Origin: Chiloscyllium plagiosum
Taxonomy: Eukaryota
NCBI RefSeq assembly: GCF_004010195.1
Contig: NC_057746.1
Coordinates: 16,688,820-16,752,819, forward strand
Length of the DNA stretch: 64,000 bases
Direction: 5' to 3'
The notes under the pieces are model-generated. The model saw nothing but the letters and a program-made list of their open reading frames with translations, was not told where the DNA came from and made no database searches. Below, piece after piece: positions 50,020 through 61,775 of this stretch. Made by a program: the position numbers and the translations under genes. Numbering within the stretch: the stretch's first letter is position 1; each line of letters starts with the position of its first letter.

Positions 50020-52014
50020 GGTATGAGTATTGTTGGTCAATGTTGTGAGAAGATCATTCTAATTGGGATACAGAAAAACCTCGATTATGTGAATGACATG
50101 GGCGGGGAGTATGTAGTTTGGATAACTGATTGTTTTTGATCATATCAGTTATCCGAACAAAGCAAGCATTGACAGGACTTAGATCTTATTCAAATAATCT
50201 GAAATTCAGATAATTGATGTTTGAATAACCGAGGGTAATCTGTATTGGGGCTGGTTTTCACTGTACGATCTGCAGGGTGGACTCTGAGCTCAGTTCTCTC
50301 TACTTGTGTGATCACTAAAGACCAGCTCATGCAGTTTCACACTGAGCTTTCAGACTGTCCTTCTGTAGATGGCTGTCCTTATACTGTTCTCAGCCTCAAG
50401 ATATTGTCAACAGGAGGGATTTGGGCTACAGAAACATCTGGAAACTTTTCATCCTGGATGGGGCTCCTGTCTCACTTAGTTTGTTTCTGGAGTTGAGCTC
50501 TGCGCTCCCGGGATTCTGAATTACTGAAATGTGGCCAGTGGGGTCTAGATCTGATGGAGACCTCCGAACAGGTCAGGAGACCAAACCGTGAGGAGATTTG
50601 TGATCCTGGAGGGAGTGCAGTATAGATGGGCCAGAATGAAATGTGGACTTCGAGGTTTAAATTACACAGACATTAAACAAACAAACTAGGGTCGTGTTTC
50701 AGGAAATGAAGGTTAAGGGCTGATTTTAATGGAGGTTTTCAATGTATTTAGTGAAGTGGATATGGTAGATAGAGGAGAACTGTTCTGACTGGCTGGGGTG
50801 TCAGTATAGTTCGAGTCAGACCTATTGAGAGTGAAACTAGGTAACACTTCCACAATAACTCACCCTTTCTCAAAAGGCAATTGATGCAAAATGAACTTGA
50901 GTGAATTTAAAATCTAGAAAACTCAGAATTAAGAGACAAATGGAAGCTACATAAATGGATTGAGGCAACACACCAGCAAAGATCTGATTGAATGGTGGAA
51001 CGGCATTGAGGGGTTAAATGGCCTCCTCATCTTCCTATGTCCCTGTGGGTTTTGCTGGTCTTTAGGGAGTGGGTCTGAGGGGTTTTACTGATGTTTGGGC
51101 AATGGGGCTTTTGTGTTTCACTGCTGGTCTTTATGGGAGATGCTACAGGGTCTGCTGGGTTTTCTGTGCTCTGTAACAGAGTTTTTTTTCTCTTCCCCAG
51201 GGGCCTCTGATGTCCTTGCTGGAAACCAGGTTTCCATTGCTGCGATTGACCTTCTAATTTCTTCCACCTGAATTTCAGAAGCAATTTGAATTGCCGATCC
51301 GGAATAGTGAAGAGCCAGCCTAATGGTGACCATGTAACCATTACGGTTTGTTGTTAAAAGTCATCTGGTGCACTAATGTCCTTCCACGATAGAAATCCTG
51401 ACCTGGTCTGGTCTACATGGCATGACAGAGCTAGTTAACGCTTAACTGCCCTCTGGACAGCAAATGCTGGCATTGCCGGTGATGGCCACATCTCAGGAAA
51501 CAGCTTTTAATGTGGACAGTGTGATTATGTTTCCTGAGCAGAAACTTCATCTCCACAGGACAGCACTCAGTTTTCATGCCCCATGCACTATACCTCAGTC
51601 AATTCAGCACATACACATGATCTTCTTCAGCCATTCGTCAGTGGGATTATCCCAGACCTCAGTTTGAATTTTCCTGCATCTTAAATACTGAGTGAAGCCT
51701 TTTCTACAAACTTGTTACACAGCAATATCTCTGGAGCCTGATGGAAGTCAACATTACATTACGATGGTACATACTGTCTCATGGCAATAGATGTCATGAC
51801 TCCACCTCCTGCCCAGAGCATGCTGCACCCTCACACTTTCTGACTTGAACTGTTTCCATGTTCCCACTCCTATCAATTTATACCCTTCCTCGTGCAAATT
51901 CTCAATAGAGCTGCGTACTCATGGTCTGCATTCCAGCCTCCTGTCTTGGGATCAAGGCTGCACTATTTCCTGTCCCACTCTCTCCAACTCGGATTGTGCT
52001 GAGGTGTTTATTGA

Positions 52015-52310
52015 GTCATCGAGTCATTACAGAACAGAAACAGACCCTTCAACCCAAACAATCCATGCCATCTATGTCCCCAAACTAAACTAGTCCCACT
52101 TGGCTGCGCCTGGTCCATGTTACGAAAAACATTTATTATTTGTGTACTCATCCAAATATAAATGGTGTATCTGTACCATGTCCACCACTTCCTCTAGAAA
52201 TTCATTCCAAACACAAACCATTCTCAGTTAAAAATGTTGGCTCTCATGTCGTTTTAAACGTTTTCTCCTCTCACCTTAAAAAATAGTACCTGGTCTTGAA
52301 ATTCACCCCC
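52015..52310 (-). mobile_element. CR1 3' end
   Basis: GAGTCATCGAGTCAT tail and 3'UTR similar to 4010-4300. Confidence 0.7.
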
Positions 52311-52945
52311 ACTCCACACACACACACACACACCCCTCTTACATACTCTCACACTCACGCAGGCCCTCTCTCATACACACATAACTCCCCCCATATTCAC
52401 ATCCACACATTTGCCCTCTCACAGGTTTATACTCTGTCACAATCACGCACACACTGCCAAGCACATGCACATGATTGAATGGCGGAGTGGACTCGATAGA
52501 CCGAATGTCCTTACGTCTGCTCCTATGTCTTATGGTCTTATGTAAATACAAACTCACGGGCACTCTCTCTCACACATGCACACACACAAGGCTATCAGGT
52601 GAATTTGCATTTGCAGAATTGTTTTTGCAGATACGTTGTGTACTTTTGGAGCAAAATATAATCTGCAGGCAGTCAATCCATATCACCTTAAGTTATCTCG
52701 AGAATGTGACTTAAAAGAAGTTCTGATATTTACATATTGATGAACCAAAACCTACAATATATTGTTTCATTTGTATGATGTTGTGATCTTTTGCTATAAA
52801 TTCTGTGTCTTGTCCCACAGCTACCTGACGAAGGAGCAGCGCTCCAAAAGGTAGTGCTTCCAAATAAATGTGCAGGTCTATAACCTGGTGTTGTGTGATT
52901 TTTAACTTTGTCCACCCCAGTCCAATGCCAGCACCTCCACATCAT
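52310..52945 (+). mobile_element. Penelope-like 3' end with (CA)-rich tract
   Basis: Reverse-complement similar to 54510-55540; CTGACGAAGGAGCAGCGCTCCAAAAG decayed hammerhead at ~52825-52850. Confidence 0.75.
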
Positions 52946-53237
52946 CTGCAATAGGAAAGAGTCTAACCATCAGCCTTTGACCATCAATAGTTTTACCATC
53001 ACTAAATCCCACACCATCAACCTCTGAGGGATTACCATTAACCTGAACCTGAACTGGACTGAACATAGAAATACAATGGCTACAAGAGCAAGTTAATGGC
53101 AAAGAATACTGCAACATGCAACTCACCTCTGACTCACCAAAGCCTGTTCACCATCAAGAATGCTCAATTCAGGAGTGTGATGCAATACTCCCGACTTACC
53201 TATATGAGTACAATTCCAGCAACACTGATCAAGTTTG

Positions 53238-53737
53238 NNNNNNNNNNNNNNNNNNNNNNNNNNNNNNNNNNNNNNNNNNNNNNNNNNNNNNNNNNNNNNN
53301 NNNNNNNNNNNNNNNNNNNNNNNNNNNNNNNNNNNNNNNNNNNNNNNNNNNNNNNNNNNNNNNNNNNNNNNNNNNNNNNNNNNNNNNNNNNNNNNNNNNN
53401 NNNNNNNNNNNNNNNNNNNNNNNNNNNNNNNNNNNNNNNNNNNNNNNNNNNNNNNNNNNNNNNNNNNNNNNNNNNNNNNNNNNNNNNNNNNNNNNNNNNN
53501 NNNNNNNNNNNNNNNNNNNNNNNNNNNNNNNNNNNNNNNNNNNNNNNNNNNNNNNNNNNNNNNNNNNNNNNNNNNNNNNNNNNNNNNNNNNNNNNNNNNN
53601 NNNNNNNNNNNNNNNNNNNNNNNNNNNNNNNNNNNNNNNNNNNNNNNNNNNNNNNNNNNNNNNNNNNNNNNNNNNNNNNNNNNNNNNNNNNNNNNNNNNN
53701 NNNNNNNNNNNNNNNNNNNNNNNNNNNNNNNNNNNNN
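53238..53737. other. Assembly gap (exactly 500 N)
   Basis: Run of N. Confidence 1.
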
Positions 53738-54509
53738 CTCTCTCTCATGAGGAGCAGCCCTTATGGTCTGATAAGACTGTGGCGCCACAACACAAGTGAA
53801 TCCATCAAGACAAGAACAAGGTGTGAATTCGTTTCGTCACTTCAATAGCAGGAAAAGTAAAACTGTGTTCCACTTATTCACCAAAGTCGTCTTGCCCAGA
53901 CTTAAAAATCATTCTCCCTCAGCCCGTCAATATTAATATGACGTACTTCTCTGAAAGTGTTCCTGTATCTCTTTATTTCCCTGATTCTCACTTCTCTCGT
54001 TTCATTCTGTAACTGTTAGTTCCCTCTGGAAATCAAATTTTCTTTGATAATTTCTATAGCCACCCACAAAGGCATCAGAAAAGATTTTGCACAGACAACC
54101 CTGTAGCCACTGGTGCATGTGTAACCTTTGGACACAAGCGTCTCCATGGCTGACATCAAATCATTGCCCAATCTGGACAGCGAATTCATGGTTCTCTGTA
54201 CCACAACCTCGTTATTTCGACCTGCACATTTTTCGGAGAATATTTCGATCCCTTTTAAAGTATATTCAGAAGGTTGAAAAAATGTGTTAAATTGGGGCCC
54301 TTGCTTGTCAGTGCAATGAAAATTTGGGGGTAAAAATCGTCTTTGGGAAACCTTATTATCCAAGAATGCATTTATATTTTGAACATAGTAATTATGTACA
54401 AGTATCTAAGATAAAGTAAGCAAACTGATTTTCAATTTTCACAAATTCTTTTTGAGGCATCTACAAGTGCCCACTAAAAATGCATTATTGCTGAATCTTT
54501 TTTTACTGA

Positions 54510-55297
54510 GTTAAAAATCACACAACACCATATTATAGTCCAACAGGTTTATTTGGAAGTACTAGCTTTCACTACGCAGCTTTTTCGTCAGATGGCTGGT
54601 AGGGCAGGGTTACAAGACATAGAATTTATAGTTGCAAATGTGTGGCTGGAAAAGCACAGCAGGTCAGGCAGCATCCAAGGAACAGGAGAATCGACGTTTC
54701 GGGCATGAGTCCTTCTTCAGGAATCTTCATTGATTCCTGAAGAAGGGTTCATGCACGAAACGTCGATTCTCCTGTTCCTTGGATGCTGCCTGACCTGCTG
54801 TGCTTTTCCAGCAATACATTTTCAGCTCTGATCTCCAGCATCTGCAGTCCTCACTTTGTCCTCATAGAATTTATAGTGTAAGGCCATAGCATCATATACC
54901 TGATATGATATATTGAACAATTTGCTGTTAAATCTTTCATCTTTTAGGATGGGTTGCAAGTTTCAATTCATTAATACACAAATCCCAGAACTTCTTACAA
55001 CTCACATTCCATAGATAACTTAAGATTTTGTAAAGAGAGGTGACATTTCAGTTCAGACAATGCACTAAAGGCGTGAGGTTAGAATCTGTCTGTATTCCAA
55101 TCTTGAGTCAGACAGGTTCTATTTCCAAAGTAGGTATTCAGAAAATATCACATGGATTGACTACCTGCATTGACTGACTGCATATTAAGTGTTTTTTAAC
55201 AAAATAAAATACATCTGCAAATAGAATTCTGCAAATGAAAATTCACCCCATAGACTTTCATGTGTGTGTGTGTGTGTGCACGTCAGGGAGAAAGAGA

Positions 55298-55333
<36 letters not shown>

Positions 55334-57360
55334 AGTAGATTTTGTGCATGAGTGAGTTGGAGTATAAGCCTGTGAGAGGGTATGGTCATGGAAGAGAGTG
55401 TGGTGGATGTATGTTTGTGTGTCTGAGAGAGAGCATGTGTATGAGAGAGGATCTTTGAGAGTATGTGAGTGTGTAAGTGTGTGTGTGTGTATTATGCTTG
55501 CATGGCAGTGTTTGTGTGCGTGAGAGTGTATAGTGTAGTGAAGTTACTTGTCATATGACATGAACTTTAAGTCATGGTTGAGGCCTCTTGGGTATCAAAG
55601 TTGGCTATCAGCCTCTGCTCGGCCATTCTGCATTGCTATGTATCCTGAAGTCCGCCTTGCAGAACAAGCACCCAAATTTCTGAGGCCGAATGTCCCTGAC
55701 TGCTGAAGTGTTCCCCGACTGGGAAGAAGCATCCCTCGTTGACAATTGTTGTGCGATGTCAATTCATCCATTGTCAAAGAATTTGCTTGTCCCGTCAATG
55801 TACTGTTTCTCGAGTCACCCTTGCCTGCAACACATGAGATAGACAACGTTAGACGATTCACATGAGTACCTGTCGTGTATATGGTGAGTGGGCTCCTCAC
55901 GTGTATTGGTGGTATCTATGGCGACATTCTAATTGCCATGACAGAGTTGTATAGTGTTGTGGTCAATGTTGTCCTGAAGGCTGGGCAGTTTGCTGCGAAC
56001 AATGTTCTGTTTAAGGTCTGGTTGTTGTTTACAGGTGAGAAGTGGAGGGGTAGGCAAGGTCTTGCCGAAGTGTGCATACTCATCGAGAATGTGTTGCATC
56101 CTGCAAAGAATGTGGCATAGTTTCTCTGCATCCGGGAAATATGGACAATGAATGATATCCTGTGTCTGTCACCTGAGGAGATCATTACGGCTTCTTGCTG
56201 TGACACGTCGGAACTGGCGATTGATGAGCTGAGCATCGTATCCGTTTGTTATGTGGGCGTCCTTCAGCACCTATAGGTATCCGTCACATTCCTCTTCATC
56301 TGAACAGATTTTGTGTATGCATAGGGCTTGCCTATAGGGGATGGCTATTTTAATATTTCCAGGAGAAGCTAAAGAAATGCAGCATTGTGAGGTTATCCGT
56401 GAGTTTGTGGTAGAGTGAAGTGTCCATCATTGATGGAGGAGCATATGTCCAAAAATGAGACAGATACTAAAGAGTAGTCCATGGTAAGTCTGATGGTGGG
56501 ATGAAACTTGTTGATATCACTTTGTAGTCGTTTCCGTGACTCCTCGCCAGAGGAAACAAAATGTCATCAATGTATCCCGTGTATAATTCTGGACAAAGGC
56601 CCTGTGCAACAAAAGAAGTTTATTCAAACTTGTGCATGAAAGTTTGGTCCCCATGGCTACTCCGTGTGTATGAATGAAGAACTAGTGGCCAAAGGTGACA
56701 ACGTTGCTGTCGAGGATAAGGCGGATGAGTTGTAGGATGGTGCTCTGAGATTGAAGTTTAAGGTATTAGGTACTGAGGCTGTTGCCGAGATGTTGTCATC
56801 ATGACGGATGCTGGTGTACAGTGCCAAACCGTCCATTTTGATGAAGAATGTTCCCAATTCGACTAGTCAATGGGTGCTGTGTTTCTTGAAGAAATCTGTA
56901 ATGTCATGACAGAGCCTGGGGGTCCCCTGTACAATGGGTTTCAAGGTGCCCTCGACATAGCCAGAGAGATTCTCAAACAAGAATATGTTGCCTGAAAGGA
57001 TAGGATGTCCAGGTGTGTTGGCTTTGTGTATCTTCGGAAGACAATAGCAGTCCCCTATGCGAGAAGTGGGATGAGAGTGTGCACTGAACTCTAAGGGATT
57101 GGATCAAAAGTCTTGATCAGTCTGTTTGGTTCATAAGTGTGTTCTTTGGTCGGATCGATGGGTAGTTACCTGTAGTGCTCCTGGTTGTTCAGCTCATGGT
57201 TCACTTCCTTGCAGTAGTGATTTTTTAACTGACTGACGGTGGCTCCTCCTTTATCTGCTGGTTTCATGACACTGTTGCGTTTGGTTTTGAGAGCATAGAT
57301 GGTATTGCATTCAGATCATGTGCTGCTTTGCATTACCTGTGGGTACGGCTGATGAATCTT
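54510..57360 (-). mobile_element. Penelope-like retroelement (RT plus GIY-YIG, GT-microsatellite 3' region), degenerate
   Basis: Minus-strand remnants PKIHKANTPGHPI, ENLSGYVEGTLKP, MDGLALYTSIRHDD, PTIRLTMDYS; (GT)n 55261-55540; terminal repeat shared with 52800-52945. Confidence 0.85.
54633..54862 (+). mobile_element. Penelope-derived hairpin mini-element
   Basis: ~185-nt palindrome with hammerhead-like cores on both strands; 15-bp TSD CATAGAATTTATAGT (54618-54632, 54863-54877). Confidence 0.9.
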
Positions 57361-57800
57361 CCACTTACACATTTCGTGAAGTTTTAAGCATATTGCGAAT
57401 GAACGGCAAATAAATCTACCACTGCATAGAATGAGAAAAATTCCTTTCAATTTCTAACCTTACACCAAGTTACAGTTTGCATTTCAAAGTTCAATTCACG
57501 TTTCTTTTCCTGTATACTTACAAATGATAGAATGAGTATTCACACATTAGCAAGATTCAAAACATCTATGCATTCTGCTTAAAACTCCATGCACTTACAA
57601 AACGTGGTGCCTGTAATATCGGAGTCCAAAATAAATACAATATACCCGTTTCCCATTTACAGGTCATGTACAAGTCATGGAGATTGTGCGCTGTAAACTG
57701 GAGCACCAAAAGATCCCTTCCCATCATGACTACAACAGACAGTAACCATGACCGTACACCATGCTGTAAAGATTGTAATTTATATCTCCCACCGGCAGAT

Positions 57801-57980
57801 CAGCAGGTCAGGCAGCATCCAAGGAACAAGAGAATCAACGTTTCGGGCATAAACCCTTCTTCAGGCTTATGCCCAAAACGTCGATTCTCCTGTTCCTTGG
57901 ATGCTGCCTGACCTGCTGCGCTTTTCCAGCAACACATTTTCAGCTCTGATCTCCAGCATCTGCAGCCCTCACTTTCTCCT
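57801..57980 (+). mobile_element. Penelope-derived hairpin mini-element
   Basis: Inverted arms plus the same tail; 12-bp TSD CCAC(C/A)GGCAGAT (57789-57800, 57981-57992). Confidence 0.85.
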
Positions 57981-58199
57981 CCACAGGCAGATTAGCAAGC
58001 TTGGCATCTGACTTTGTGGTAAAGCACGGTGATGCAGAATTTATGATAACTCCTTTCCAGCTTCTGTCTGTGTGCATTTATACAGTGGAAAACGAATATT
58101 GTTTGGGGTGTAAGTACAAAATCGATGTAATAGGTAAATAACTCAGAAATACACTTATTTGTTAGTGATAAATTATCATTTTTTATGAACTTTACTTTG

Positions 58200-58296
58200 A
58201 CCGGAAGTGTTAACTACTTTTCGCTTTCTACATAAGTGACCTGACCTGAAAACAATAGAGTTGCAAAATGGTGAAAGGACAGCATTGCAGGTAGGT
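58200..58296 (+). promoter_or_regulatory. Candidate promoter and first exon of an unidentified transcript
   Basis: CCGGAAGTG (ETS), TTTCGCTTTC (ISRE core), CAAAATGG Kozak-like ATG, CAG|GTAGG donor. Confidence 0.4.
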
Positions 58297-60004
58297 TTTG
58301 GGAGATAAGAGTACACCCATCATTAATTATCATTAAACAACATTGGGTGTTAGGCATAACTGAGAGACAGTATACAACTAAAAAAGAGAGGGTTGCGTAT
58401 GTAAGTGGAGAAGATTACAGATTCTTGAGACTGGGGTTGATATATAGAGCAACATGGTAAAATGGAGGACAAATAACTTAGAAATAAGAGAAACGACTGC
58501 CGTACAATAAGTCTACATAATGGAGATCAGGAACCATCTCCTTCACCAATATCGTAAACCAGGAAATGCCTGAAGTGTAATGTGTTTTTGTTTCACTCAT
58601 TTGAGTTTTTCACTCGGTAACACAGATGCTCGGTGATCGCAATGCAGCGCACTTCAACAAAAAATCATTTGAGATGAGAAGGCAGGAGAGGAGGCAAAAT
58701 GGGTACTGGAGTTGTATTGCTTCGATTGGGAAAGGTTCAGACTCGGGATCCGCTGCTGGTATTTGCTGCTCCAGTAAAACTCAAACTAGAAAAAGATAAA
58801 TCCAAGCAATGAAGTATCGGGAAAGTCATGATATCATTGGTCGAGGAATGGTAGAGGATGCAGAATAATCTCATGTTTGAATAGAAAATAAAAAGGTTTA
58901 ATTAATTAGGATTGGCCAAGAGATGGCAGCAAAGGTTCGTGATTCAATTGTTTATTTCATATTTAAGTGTTAAGTGTTTTTGCATGAATCCAGACTAAGT
59001 GAGTACAGTTAGCATTATAAGTAGTCATTTATTTAATGAAATAAATAAATATGAACACAATATCGTCATTAAGACAAATCAAAATGGTATGTCTGATCAT
59101 GTTTTGCCATTCCTGAAATGTACACTATCAAGGCAAATACATTTGATGTAAATGTGTGATTGAAACTTAGTTCTGTGCTGGACACAAAGCATTAGAGTAG
59201 TTAAGTCATCTTACTGTTGTGCAGAAAGTTTGGTTACAACCATTAGGACAAGACCCATCCTTTTGGCAGGATTTGGAGTTCACAATAGCAGTAAGGCAAT
59301 TCCAAGTGAGCACCCAAAATAAGAGTGCAGGATCCCCAACTTTTGTTATTGCCCAAAAGATTTGTGTTTCTTGCAGCTCCAATTTACGAGAATTGGGTTT
59401 GTATAATCCACGAGCTAAATCATCACACAATGATATTAGAAGTCATTCCAAACTGGTAAAAGAGAAGCAATGTAATGTTTGTAGGGTACAATAATGTGAA
59501 GAAGGTTGAAGCATAGAATTAGAGTAGTGTTATTTTTTAGAAAGTGGCTATTCACCTATTGTATCTCTATCGACATACAATGTATTTCAGCTTATTGCCT
59601 CAACCTGCTTAACTTGTATCACTGCTTATGGATAACATTTAAACAATCATCCAATGCCCTCTTGAGTAGTTCAACTGGAGAAACCTTCACTATTAGTATG
59701 TGCATTTCAAGCCGTAACAACTTGCAGTGCGATATATTTTTAAAATTTTTCATCCCAGATTTGAATCTTTTGCAAAACAATTTCAAGCTGTGCCCTCTGT
59801 TTCTTGATCATCTAAGGGGTGGGGACACTTTCTCCTAATCCATTCTGTTTAGTGCCCTCGTGATTTTTGAAAAGTCCAACCACATCTTTTCTTAGACTTT
59901 TGCTTTCCAATGAAAACAGTCTCAATATTTGCTCAAAGTCTGTAGTTATTTGCTCAATATTTGCTCATCTTTGCTCAAAACAGAAGTGCCACATCCCTGG
60001 AACT

Positions 60005-60800
60005 ATGATGCATTTTGGAAGATCCAATTGGAGAGCGAACTATTCAGTAAATGGAAAAGTCCTATGGGTAATTGGCATACAGAGATATCTGGGTGTTCAG
60101 GTCCATTGTTCCCTGAAGGTGGCAAAGCATGTCAGTAAAGTGGGCAAGAAGGCATGCAGCATGCTTTCCTACATTGGACAGGGTATTGAGTACAAGAGTT
60201 GGCAGGCCATTTTACACATGTATAGGACTTTGGTTGAGACGCATTTGGAATACTGCGGACATTTCTCTTCGTCACATTACCAAAAGGATGTGGATGCCTT
60301 GGAAAGGGTGCAGAGGAGGTTTATCAGGATGTTGCCTGGTTTGGTGGGCACTAGCTATGAAGAGAGGTTGAAAAGATTAGGTTTATTTTCATTATAAAGA
60401 TGGAGGTTGAGAGGGGACCTGATTGAGGTCTGCAAAATCATAAGAGGTATAGACCAGTTGGATAGTAAGAAGCTTTTTTTCCCCCCAGATTGCAGAACTC
60501 AATTACTAGCGGTCACGAGTCCAAAGTGAGAGGGGAAAGGTTGAGGAGAAATATACATGGAAAATTCTTTACGCGGAGGGTGGTGGGGTCCTGGAATGCA
60601 TTGCCAGGGGAGATGGTAGAGGTAGGAACAATAGCGCCATTTAAGATGTATCTACACAGATACAAGAATGGACAGGGATCAAAGGGATACAGATCTTTAG
60701 AAAATAGGTAGCACGTTTAGATAGAGGATCCGGATCAGCTCAAGCTAGGAGGGCCAAAGGGCCTGTTCCTGCGCTGTAATTTTCTTTGTCCTTTGTTCTT
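60005..60800 (+). mobile_element. CR1 LINE 3' part
   Basis: MHFGRSN, YRTLVETHLEYC, LERVQRRFIRMLPGL, WNALP, (TTTGTTC)-like tail. Confidence 0.9.
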
Positions 60801-61049
60801 TTTTCATAGTTACAACACGGAGACAGACAACGTAACGAAATCAGTCTTTCTACCTCTGCATTCCCAACGAATTTAAAATCAAAACTGGCAACTCAGTTTT
60901 CTACTTTCTAAGCTTCCAAAAACTGATGTGGGAGATTAGACAGACAGATATCGCATCTTCATGCTGTCTCACAAGCAGCTAAACGCACCTCCCAGAAAAC
61001 GCAGTTCACATTTTGATCTGATTTGAATAGATTGATTATCGTTCACAGA

Positions 61050-61775
61050 GACAAAACCTGCCTACACACCTCCGCCCTCACCTCTATTCAAGCCTCGAAA
61101 AAATCATTCCTCGTCTGTCAGCCATTCATGTGCATTTCCTCTAAACTGATTTATTGCAATCATTACTCTCCATGTGATCTCCTCTACATCGCAGAGACTG
61201 AATGCAAACTCGGGAACCAGTTCAGGGAACATTTATAATTTGTACGCTCTAATCAACCCCACCTTCCAATTGCCATCCATTTTAACTCGCACTCCCATTC
61301 CCGAACGACATGTCCATCCAGGGCTTCTTCCGCCATCATCACGCAAACTGGAAGAAGAACATCTCATCTTCCACCTTGGGAGCTTGAAATCATATGGCCT
61401 TAACATACAATTCACCAGCTTCCAAATATCCTGCCCTATCCCACCTACCCATCCCAGCACCCCGACATCATCCTAGACTAGGCCTTGCTTTTGCACCCCG
61501 TCCCCTACTTGCCCACCTATCTGTTTCACCCTACCCACTGACCAATTAATGCCACCTCCTCCCCGCATCTAACTGTCACCATCCCACCCACCTTTCCCCA
61601 GCCCCAACTACCTTGTTTATTTCGCAGTTCAGTTACCTTCTCCCAGTTCTGTAAGTTTCTGACCTGAAACTTCGATGGGCCTTCTCCTCTCATGCTGCTT
61701 TACCTGATGTGCTTTTCCAGTTCCACTCTTTATCCACTCTGACTGTCAAGCGTCTGTAGTTATCACTATCTCTGA
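61050..61775 (+). mobile_element. Penelope-like GIY-YIG and 3' end, degenerate
   Basis: LLYIAETECKLGNQFREHL (YIGET motif), RKLEEEHLIFHLGSL..GLNIQF, C-rich tract. Confidence 0.85.

Noticed and set aside
51540-52010. Candidate terminal 3'UTR exon of the MHC gene (acceptor near 51558)
   Set aside because: No clear polyadenylation signal; cannot be distinguished from other AG sites without transcripts
54016-54363. 115-aa minus-strand ORF (also 59206-59494, 12669-13028, 13936-14175, 26513-26857)
   Set aside because: No recognisable domain or consistent splice structure; a tblastx or RNA-seq check would be needed
59867-60397. 176-aa ORF as a host gene
   Set aside because: Chance fusion of an antisense CR1 relic with a sense CR1 ORF2 C-terminus
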